DNA of 32,000 bases, from assembly GCF_002075285.3 (NCBI RefSeq), contig NZ_CP021983.2, forward strand, positions 5,040,001 through 5,072,000, read 5' to 3'. Shown piece after piece: positions 18,118-25,896 of this stretch; position 1 is the first letter of the stretch; every line of letters starts with the position of its first letter. The notes beneath the pieces are model-generated. The model saw only the letters and a list, made by a program, of their open reading frames with translations. It ran no database searches and was not told where the DNA came from. Source of the stretch: Halomicronema hongdechloris C2206. GTDB taxonomy: Bacteria > Cyanobacteriota > Cyanobacteriia > Phormidesmidales > Phormidesmidaceae. The translations under genes were made by a program, and so were the position numbers.

Positions 18118-18303
18118 ATGTTCAATATCGGTTGGACGGAAGTCATTATCATTCTAGGGGTGGCCACCCTGATTTTTGGCCCCAAGAAGATCCCAGAACT
18201 TGGTAGTGCTCTGGGCAAGACTCTGCGCGGCTTTAAAGACGAGATGAACAACCCCGACCCCGATGAGGGGGAATTAGATCTCTACGACGATTCAGATGCC
18301 TAG
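18118..18303 (+). CDS. tatA: Twin-arginine translocase subunit TatA/E
   Basis: MFNIGWTEVIIILGVATLIFGPKKIPELGSALGKTLRGFK is the canonical TatA TM helix, hinge and amphipathic helix. The track ORF starts at GTG 18091, but ATG 18118 fits the family N-terminus. Confidence 0.85.
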   Translation: MFNIGWTEVIIILGVATLIFGPKKIPELGSALGKTLRGFKDEMNNPDPDEGELDLYDDSDA

Positions 18304-18309
18304 GGAACT

Positions 18310-18327
18310 CTGAGGTGTTTGCCTCAG
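18310..18327. terminator. Hairpin between convergent tatA and ftsE (weak terminator candidate)
   Basis: CTGAGG (18310-18315) / CCTCAG (18322-18327) with a 6-nt loop. Only a short T tail follows. Confidence 0.25.
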
Positions 18328-18400
18328 TTAGGACATTCTGATTGAAGAAGCGGCTGCCATACCGCCAGTATTCTAATCAACACTGGTCAATGCCTAGGAA

Positions 18401-19207
18401 TTATGACCGCAGGTAGTGCAGATAACCGTGGCGCAACTGCACCACCGGATGATTAGATAGACGCACCAGCTGCTCATCGTGAGTGGTCACAACTACGGTG
18501 ATGCCGATAGAGTTGAGCTTCTTGAGGATCTTAATCACCTGACGGGAATTATCCAAATCTAGGTTGCCGGTCGGCTCATCTGCTAACAACAGTGGCGGCG
18601 TCCCCACCACAGCTCGGGCAATGCTGACTCGCTGTTGTTCTCCTCCTGAAAGTTCGTCAGGGAAACGGTGGGTTTTGTCTTGCAGCCCGACCATCTTCAA
18701 GGTCGGCTGCAGGCGTCGCTGAATCTCCTTACGGGTAAAGCCCTGAGCCCAGAGCACAAAGGCCACATTTTCAGCCACCGTACGTCGAGGAATCAGCTTG
18801 TAATCCTGAAAGACCACGCCGATACGGCGACGCAGCATCGCCAGCCGATTCCCCTTCAATTGCCGTAGGGATTGTTGATTGACAATGACCTCACCACTGG
18901 TCGGTTGCTCTTGGCCATAAAGCAGCTTCAGAAGGGTGGATTTCCCTGCGCCGGAGGGGCCGGTGACGAATAGAAAGTCCCCTCGATTTACCCGTAGATT
19001 GACGTTGACTAAAGCCTGACTACCATTGCGATAGGTTTTGGTCAGATTTTTCAAGACCACCATAGGGTCTGTGGAGGGGGAGGTGGTCGCCGCCGGTGAC
19101 GCTACAGGATCGGCAGGGACAACCATTTTAAACCGCTGGTGCAGGGTATCTTGCACCGCTTGGGGCAATGGGCTGGAGCGCTGGCGAGAGGCCACGGAAG
19201 GAGTCAT
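18401..19207 (-). CDS. ftsE: Cell-division ABC ATPase FtsE
   Basis: Walker [10 protein letters not shown], signature LSGGEQQR, Walker [13 protein letters not shown], and FtsE-type flanks ([15 protein letters not shown]). A roughly 45-aa N-terminal extension suggests an internal Met may be the real start. Confidence 0.85.
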   Translation of the reverse strand: MTPSVASRQRSSPLPQAVQDTLHQRFKMVVPADPVASPAATTSPSTDPMVVLKNLTKTYRNGSQALVNVNLRVNRGDFLFVTGPSGAGKSTLLKLLYGQEQPTSGEVIVNQQSLRQLKGNRLAMLRRRIGVVFQDYKLIPRRTVAENVAFVLWAQGFTRKEIQRRLQPTLKMVGLQDKTHRFPDELSGGEQQRVSIARAVVGTPPLLLADEPTGNLDLDNSRQVIKILKKLNSIGITVVVTTHDEQLVRLSNHPVVQLRHGYLHYLRS

Positions 19208-19499
19208 AGAGGAGTGCCTGGGAGCAACACCATGCCGGCTTCGGCGAAGACGGCATTTGAGGGCTTATTGTACTCGACTCCGCCGTCCTTGCGAGGCCTC
19301 GACTCAATTTTTTCTAGGCAGATTTTTGGGTGCCGCACTCAAGGCGAAACATTATGGTTCAGTCGGGGGCTCACCAGGTCCTCCTGGCTGCAGCTGATGT
19401 CCGATTTTGAGGGTCATGCCGGATACCCAGTCTCCTCGACATAGGCCAGATCCTGGGATGATCCTAGCTGTCTTGTGTCCAAGGCGGCCTCAGGGGGAT

Positions 19500-20240
19500 C
19501 TACCGACTGAGTTGAGGCCGCGGCTTACGATAGGTGAATGCCCGCCAGGCAAATTGAGGTAGGGCTAGCATGCGTCGCCAGCGCCAGGGTTCTTGATAGA
19601 GGCGATAAAGCCACTCTAGGTTATGGTTGCAAAACCATTGCGGTGCTCTTGCCTTGCGCCCCGCCCAGATATCGAAACTGCCGCCGACTCCAATCCAGAT
19701 GGTCTGGGGACAGAGATGGCGATGGTCTGTGATCCAAAATTCCTGTCGGGGAACCCCTAACCCTACCAGGATTATTCCGGGCTGCAGTTCCTGTAACTGC
19801 TGCTGCAGGGCTTGCTGTTCATCGTCACTCAGATAGCCGTGCTGGCTATAGATGCTGAGCCGGGGCCGTTGCTGCTGCCAGTGGCGAGCGGCTTCGGCGG
19901 CAATGCCGGGAGCACCACCATAGAAGAAGACGGTCTCATTTTGCAGTTGAGTCAAAAGACTCGCCGCCAATTCGATCCCAGGACAGCGTTGAATTCGTTT
20001 CCCCTGGGCTCGAAAGTAGAGCACTACTCCGGCGCCATCCGGGATGATCAAATCAGCGGTTTGAATGGTCTGGCGTAACCGAGAGTTGCCCTCGGCTTGC
20101 ATGGCCATCTCAGCATTTAGGGTGATGATGTGCACCCCTTGATGCTGCTGACGTTTTGCGATCAACCAGGCAGGGTAATCGGGGTGCCAATGCAGGGGCA
20201 AGCCCATGACGGAAAGGGGCTCAAGCCGGTCTGCCAACAT
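19500..20240 (-). CDS. WecB/TagA/CpsF family (GT26) glycosyltransferase
   Basis: Motifs PDGAGVV, LVGLGVPRQEFW, GVGGSFD, AP.W....LEWLYRL..EP.RW.R. Confidence 0.8.
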   Translation of the reverse strand: MLADRLEPLSVMGLPLHWHPDYPAWLIAKRQQHQGVHIITLNAEMAMQAEGNSRLRQTIQTADLIIPDGAGVVLYFRAQGKRIQRCPGIELAASLLTQLQNETVFFYGGAPGIAAEAARHWQQQRPRLSIYSQHGYLSDDEQQALQQQLQELQPGIILVGLGVPRQEFWITDHRHLCPQTIWIGVGGSFDIWAGRKARAPQWFCNHNLEWLYRLYQEPWRWRRMLALPQFAWRAFTYRKPRPQLSR

Positions 20241-20415
20241 GGTGCCATCCTTTTTGTTCGTAAAGCTTCAACTCCAGCATAGGAAAACTTGCATACCATA
20301 GATGACAGTGCATCTCAGCAGAAGTGCCCGGAATCGGGCCGGACCTGGATGAATAACGGTTAAGTGTACAGCATACCCCCACTGCCCCGGGCATTGGTTT
20401 CAGCTAGGTGCAACG

Positions 20416-21348
20416 ATGATTAAGCTCAACAACTTACGGCTGGGACAAAAATTTACCCTGTTGCTGGTACTGGTCTTTTTAGCTGGCATCGTGGCCAGTG
20501 GTGTGGCTTTATCGACGGTGTTGAACCGATCGGCCCAAGCCCAAGTCACCACGAAAGCCTTGATGCTGATGGAGACGATGAATTCGGTGCGGGAGTACAC
20601 CAGTAGTCAGGTGCAGCCCGAGTTAGAAGCGCGCTTGGCAAGCGAATTTCTGCCGGAGACGGTGCCAGCTTACTCTGCCCGCGAGGTGTTTGAAACCTTT
20701 CGCGCTAATCCGGCCTATGGGGATTTCTTCTACAAGGAGGCCACTCTCAATCCCACCAATCTCAGGGATAAGGCGGATGAGTTTGAGACGGTAATAGTAG
20801 AGAATTTCCGCGCCCAGGATGACCCCGGCGAAGTCAGTGGCTTTCGGACTACGCCAGCCGGGAAGTTATTTTACATTGCCCGTCCGATTCGGATTGAGCA
20901 GGAAAGCTGCCTGCAATGCCACGGTTCTCTGGAAGAGGCGCCGGCTAGCTTGATTGATCGCTATGGCAGTGCCAATGGCTTTGGCTGGACCTTGAATGAA
21001 ATCGTTGGGGCCCAGGTGATTTCGGTGCCGGCTGAAACAGTATTGCAGAATGCCCGCCAATCGCTGCTGCTGACCTTGGGCATTTTTGTCGTCGTGTTTG
21101 CGATCGCAATTTTCCTGGTTAATCTATGGCTGAAACGCTTCGTAGTGCGGCCGCTCAACCGCATGGCCCGGGTTGCTGAAGCCGTCAGCACTGGCGACAC
21201 CGATGCTGAGTTCAATCAGACCTCTAATGACGAAGTGGGGCAACTGGCCCAATCCTTCAACCGCATGCGCATGAGCCTGCAGATGGCCATGCGGCGACTG
21301 GAGCGCTATCGGGAAGGCCGCCGCAGTTCTGGCAACTTTTCAGAGTAG
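20416..21348 (+). CDS. Membrane sensor with a periplasmic/lumenal Tll0287-like (DUF3365) c-type heme domain and a HAMP domain, but no output domain
   Basis: TM1 about aa 13-35. CXXCH heme-c motif CLQCH at 20908-20922. TM2 about aa 216-238. HAMP about 21127-21285 (RPLNRMARVAEAVSTGD...DEVGQLAQSFNRM). The ORF ends 20 aa after the HAMP domain. Confidence 0.7.
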   Translation: MIKLNNLRLGQKFTLLLVLVFLAGIVASGVALSTVLNRSAQAQVTTKALMLMETMNSVREYTSSQVQPELEARLASEFLPETVPAYSAREVFETFRANPAYGDFFYKEATLNPTNLRDKADEFETVIVENFRAQDDPGEVSGFRTTPAGKLFYIARPIRIEQESCLQCHGSLEEAPASLIDRYGSANGFGWTLNEIVGAQVISVPAETVLQNARQSLLLTLGIFVVVFAIAIFLVNLWLKRFVVRPLNRMARVAEAVSTGDTDAEFNQTSNDEVGQLAQSFNRMRMSLQMAMRRLERYREGRRSSGNFSE

Positions 21349-23454
21349 CTGCCTTTGAAAGGCCTCAGCCTGGCGGTCATCCGGAATCTCTGCCGCCAGG
21401 CGTTCCACCAGTTGTTGGGAATCCAAATGAGGATACTCCGCCAGTGTTTCCTCGATCAAAAAGTTAGCCATGGGGCCAATGCAATGGGCTAAGGCTTGTC
21501 GGCAGCGCTGCACAAAGGCGTCATCCACCGCAGCAGGCGTCTCTGCTGCTGTGACTGAGGCTGCTGCCGTTCCCGCCTGAGATTGGGCCGCCGTCAATAG
21601 GTCAGAGGCAGGAATGTCGATGCGACTGATAAAGGCCGTGGCCTGATCGGCATTAGACAACTGCTCAGCCAGACGATCAACCAGCTGTTGGGGCGAGGCA
21701 TCAGGATATTGCGCTAAGACATCTTCGATCACCATACTGGCCATGGGGCCAATGCAGCGGGCCAGTTCCCGCTGGCACTGCTGGATAAAGTCAGGCAGTT
21801 GTAAGGCACTGGGAGAGCGCAACGGCAGGGGCTCGGGGGGAGCCTGAAAGGCAGGGCCTGGATCGTGTAGCACTGTGGGCGGCAACACCTCCGAGGGAGC
21901 ATTGCCCAAATTCAAGGCGGCTATCACCTCCTGGGCCGATTGGAAGCGGTTTTTCGGTTGACGCTGTAATAGTTTGCGCAGCACTCGCTCCAAGCCATCA
22001 CTCACCCGGACATGGGCTTGCCATTGCCAGTCTAGGGAGTCTCGATTCAGCAGTTCCTTCGGGTAGCGTCCGGTCAGCAAGACAATAGTCGTGACTGCCA
22101 AGGCATAAAGGTCGCTGCAGGGATAGCACTGCCCCATCTGAATTTGCTCCGGCGGAGAATAGCCAAATTTCCCCACCATGGTGGCCCGCCTGCCCGGGGC
22201 TGGTCCGTCATCCGGCTCGGCATGGGCCAGCAGATCACTGACGGCGTCGTTGACCAAGCCGAAGTCAATCAGCACCGGCAGGTTGCGATCGCGGGAATGA
22301 ATAATATTGTCGGGTGAAATATCGCGGTGGACAATCTTCAGCCCATGCAGATGGTCCAACACCCGCAGCATTTGCTCCAACCAGGGCAGTATCTCTGCCT
22401 CTGTAAACTTAGTGCCCTGACGCCGCCGCTGCCGCAGCAGCTGCGCGTAGGTGACCCCATCGATAAACTCCTGCACAATGAATAACCGATGGGACTGGGT
22501 AAAGCAGGCCAGAAACTTGGGCACCTGGGGATGATCCAACTGGTAGAGGGTCTTAGCCTCCCGCTTAAATAAATTGACCGCCTTCTCTAAAGAGCGACTC
22601 GAACGCTGGGTCGGCACAAACTCCTTCAGCACACAGGCTTCTTCAAACCGCTGCACATCGATGGCCAGATAAGAGCGACCAAACCCCCCCTGCCCCAGCA
22701 ACCGTTGAATGACGTAGCGACCGGCCACCCGATTGCCCGGTTGCAAGAAATGCTGAGAGGGGGGGCTCGAGGCCGGCGGAGTCTCCGCCGGGGCACCAGA
22801 TGCAGCGGTACTGTGCTCCCGGGCGGCCGCCACCGGCTTAATGCTGACATGGTAAGCGGGGACGGGCTCTTGAATATTCTTGAGCTGCAGGGCCCCCGCG
22901 TCGGTCACATTGAGGGACAGCCGCGACTTGACTACGTCATAGACCACCTTAGATATGCAAAGCTCGCCGGGATTCGCCGCTGTCTGTAAACGAGCGGCGA
23001 TATTTACCCCGGTCCCCATCACATCCGACTGACTAAAGAACACATCCCCCAGGTGAACGCCGATGCGATGTTGCAAGGTCTTGCCGGGATGGCTGCCGGC
23101 ATTGATTCGGGTAATGTCCTGCTGAATCGCTAAGCCGCAGCTGACCGCCTGAACGGCACTGGCAAAGTACAACAACAAGCCGTCTCCCGTAGACTTCAAC
23201 ACCCGGCCCTCAAACTCGAGACACAGGCGCTTACTCAACTCCAAATCCCGCTGGATCAACGCCAGCGTTGCCTCTTCATCAGCTGCCATGCGGGCACTAA
23301 AGTCAACCGCATCGGTCACTACAATGGCAGCCAGAGTACGCTGTCCTCGTTCAGCGATAGGGGGGTCGTCCATGGTCGTTCTCGTGAAGTCGTTACGATG
23401 GAGGCGGGAACTGACTGAATCGCCAGAACTCGCAGGCGATTCAGCCGATGGCAA
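21340..23454 (-). CDS. Fusion protein with a class III adenylate cyclase domain, a Ser/Thr protein kinase domain and two tandem C-terminal repeats of about 60 aa
   Basis: Cyclase (about 22855-23334): VVTDAVDFS, LKSTGDG, IGVHLGDV, SDVMGTGVNIAARL. Kinase (about 21919-22719): GQGGFGRSY, VLKEF, HRDISPDNI, DFG, SPPEQ. Repeats at 21619-21798 and 21343-21525. No TM segment. Confidence 0.8.
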   Translation of the reverse strand: MPSAESPASSGDSVSSRLHRNDFTRTTMDDPPIAERGQRTLAAIVVTDAVDFSARMAADEEATLALIQRDLELSKRLCLEFEGRVLKSTGDGLLLYFASAVQAVSCGLAIQQDITRINAGSHPGKTLQHRIGVHLGDVFFSQSDVMGTGVNIAARLQTAANPGELCISKVVYDVVKSRLSLNVTDAGALQLKNIQEPVPAYHVSIKPVAAAREHSTAASGAPAETPPASSPPSQHFLQPGNRVAGRYVIQRLLGQGGFGRSYLAIDVQRFEEACVLKEFVPTQRSSRSLEKAVNLFKREAKTLYQLDHPQVPKFLACFTQSHRLFIVQEFIDGVTYAQLLRQRRRQGTKFTEAEILPWLEQMLRVLDHLHGLKIVHRDISPDNIIHSRDRNLPVLIDFGLVNDAVSDLLAHAEPDDGPAPGRRATMVGKFGYSPPEQIQMGQCYPCSDLYALAVTTIVLLTGRYPKELLNRDSLDWQWQAHVRVSDGLERVLRKLLQRQPKNRFQSAQEVIAALNLGNAPSEVLPPTVLHDPGPAFQAPPEPLPLRSPSALQLPDFIQQCQRELARCIGPMASMVIEDVLAQYPDASPQQLVDRLAEQLSNADQATAFISRIDIPASDLLTAAQSQAGTAAASVTAAETPAAVDDAFVQRCRQALAHCIGPMANFLIEETLAEYPHLDSQQLVERLAAEIPDDRQAEAFQRQLL

Positions 23455-23781
23455 TTGGGTGACAACTGGGTTGAGATGCTAACCCCTGATGACAGTAGTG
23501 GGATCAGGCTGGCGATAAGGCCAGTGTAACTAGTAAGCCAGATCGAATTCCCTCAGGAGTTGATCACGCTCACACCCTGTTGATGAACCCCCTCATTCGA
23601 ATGAATAAAGTATCTACCACAGCTTTTGCTAAAATCTGCAGCCACCGCGGCATGATGTAATCGCGCGGTAATCGATATCTACCCTAAAGTCAACAACAGC
23701 CGTCCTCAGCATCCTGGCCAACGCTATCGCTATTGCCCCCAGCAAACCTCTGAAGGGTATCTCTCGAGACTTTACCTAGTA

Positions 23782-24699
23782 CTATAGCGAGTCCTGGGAG
23801 GAAGCTTCCACGGTCAGCACGGCCGGTTGCGATCGCACGTTGGCCTCCAACGGTCTCACTTTATCCACCAATTGGATCAGGGCTGCAAAGCTAGGCACCG
23901 GCGCATTAGGGATATAGCCAGCATCGGCCACAATACTAGCCGGCGCCGCCTTCATCACCGTTTCGATCAGACGCTGCTGGTTACGCTCTACCGCCGGACT
24001 CAGCAATACGGCCCCAGGGGGCACCACTCGACTCTCATGCAGCACTCGAAAATCAATATCAGAAAATTCTTGACGATATTGTTGAAAGTCTTCCTTAGAG
24101 AGCGCCCCAGCCACCACACTCCCATCTGTTACCCATTCCAGAATCGCCCTTGGCGTCGGGGCAAAGCGAATCTCTGCCAAGGTCAGCCCATACAAATCGT
24201 ATAGAGGCAGGTAGTACCCTGTGGCCGAGCCCGGTTCTCCCAGGGCAATGGTCTGATTAGCCAAATCCGCCAGACTATCCACAGAACTATCCGCAGAGAC
24301 CACCAGCACTGACCGTTGATTCGGCACCCCCTGTAAGGGAAACAGAGGCGTATACTGCGCCTCTGCTAAGGCAATGGCCGTCAAGCCAGCCGGTGCAAAG
24401 GCAATCGACCAAATCTGCCGCTGCACCTGCTCAACGGCTTTTAACTCATTAAATACCGGCTCCAACTCAACCAGGGCATTCAGCTCCTCAGCCAAGTATT
24501 GCCGGAAAGACTCATAGCGCTCGGCCGTCTCAGCTACGCCCTGATCGCTGACCACGCCGACTACGAGGCGATTAGGCCCACCCGAGACCTCCCCAGAGTC
24601 ACAACCAACCAGCAGCGTCCCCAGCAGCGCGACTATACCCAGCAACAGATACGCGACCTGCCGGCGCAGAAAATTCCTGGAAGCCGTTCCCTTGCCCAT
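23782..24699 (-). CDS. PhnD-like (phosphonate/phosphite-type) periplasmic substrate-binding lipoprotein with no cognate transporter genes nearby
   Basis: Lipobox LLVG-C. The type-2 SBP layout has motifs such as LVVGVVS, YLPLYDLYG and GALSKEDF that recall the PhnD family. Assignment is from memory. Confidence 0.55.
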   Translation of the reverse strand: MGKGTASRNFLRRQVAYLLLGIVALLGTLLVGCDSGEVSGGPNRLVVGVVSDQGVAETAERYESFRQYLAEELNALVELEPVFNELKAVEQVQRQIWSIAFAPAGLTAIALAEAQYTPLFPLQGVPNQRSVLVVSADSSVDSLADLANQTIALGEPGSATGYYLPLYDLYGLTLAEIRFAPTPRAILEWVTDGSVVAGALSKEDFQQYRQEFSDIDFRVLHESRVVPPGAVLLSPAVERNQQRLIETVMKAAPASIVADAGYIPNAPVPSFAALIQLVDKVRPLEANVRSQPAVLTVEASSQDSL

Positions 24700-24759
24700 A
24701 CCCTTGCCGACCCCGACGGCACCACTGGGGAGATGGTCATGAGCGTAGCGCGAAGGCCC

Positions 24760-25701
24760 TTAGTAGTCCAACTCTTCTTCGTACTCTGTGACCTTCTTCT
24801 TCTGAGGAATATTCACCGGCGGAGCTTGATAGGGCTCCGGTTCATCCTCAGTCCAGATGTCTTCAGTCACTTCCCGATAGTCGGCATCATAGTCAGTCTG
24901 GGTAGCCTGAACCTCTCCCCAGTTGTCGGCCTCGGGCTCGGCTTCCCGGTAGAGTTGGGCCTGTTGCCGGGGCATGGGCTCCGGCGCCGCCATCGGCTCT
25001 GGTTCGCCCCAGTCATCTTCGCTCCACCGCTCCCCAGCCGCTGGAGCCCGCTCTCGCAGCATATCTGCTGGCGGTTGCACCCCAGAGGGCAACTGATTGG
25101 AGGTGGAAATCGGCATGATGTATTCGCTGTCATCCTGCCGCTCCCAGGGAGCGCCGCCGATGCCGAGCCGTTCTAAAATCCCCACACTCAGCTGCATCAG
25201 CTTCTCTTCTGCCCCCTCAAACACGATCAGCCGATCGGGGCCACTGCTGACCACTTCCTCAATGGGCAGCTCGTAGGTGCTGATCACCTGATCTGGGATT
25301 TGCGGCAATCCGAAGGAGGCGATGACAATGGACTCGACTTTGCCAGTGGTGACGTCGAATTTAAAGCCGCGCACCCGGCCTAGCATTTCGCCGTCTTCGG
25401 TAATGACTTCGCAGTTGATCAGCGTACTGTAGGGAGCGAGGCTGATATCATCCTCGATGGCGGTGTCATCATCCACCAAAATCACATCGCCAATCTGGCG
25501 GATGCTGCTGAGCAACATGGTGTGTTGAGTGCCCGACATGACGCCAGGCAAGATGCTCTCCCGCAGTCCCAGCGCTACCACTTCACCCTGATCGACGTCG
25601 ACCCATAACTGGCTCACAACTCCAAGGCGGCGGCCGGTGCTGCGGGTTATGACTTGGGTACCCAGAATATCGGCACGTTGGCGGAATTTGTCGAAGGTCA
25701 T
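24760..25701 (-). CDS. Protein with two PRC-barrel domains and an acidic Trp-rich C-terminal tail
   Basis: Two PRC-barrel-like segments (LGTQVITRSTGRRLGVVSQLWVDVDQGEVVAL and INCEVITEDGEMLGRVRGFKFDVTTGKVESIV), followed by a D/E/P/W-rich tail. Confidence 0.65.
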   Translation of the reverse strand: MTFDKFRQRADILGTQVITRSTGRRLGVVSQLWVDVDQGEVVALGLRESILPGVMSGTQHTMLLSSIRQIGDVILVDDDTAIEDDISLAPYSTLINCEVITEDGEMLGRVRGFKFDVTTGKVESIVIASFGLPQIPDQVISTYELPIEEVVSSGPDRLIVFEGAEEKLMQLSVGILERLGIGGAPWERQDDSEYIMPISTSNQLPSGVQPPADMLRERAPAAGERWSEDDWGEPEPMAAPEPMPRQQAQLYREAEPEADNWGEVQATQTDYDADYREVTEDIWTEDEPEPYQAPPVNIPQKKKVTEYEEELDY

Positions 25702-25896
25702 GTCGGGGTCCTGAATCTCACCGAGAGACGATGTGACGGCTAGCTGTTAAATGTCCATCTTAGCTAAAATCGCCTCAATTTACAGACTGATACACATGTT
25801 GGCTGGGCCAGTAAACTGCGGCGTCGGGTTAGCGATTGTTCTTGGCAACTATGCCTAAACTGGGGAGCCGGAGGATGACTGGAATCGGCCACGAGC

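Noticed and set aside
24499-25176. 225-aa + strand ORF spanning the SBP / PRC-barrel junction
   Set aside because: It is antisense to two well-supported - strand genes and crosses their intergenic spacer. The sequence is low-complexity and Arg/Leu/Pro-rich.
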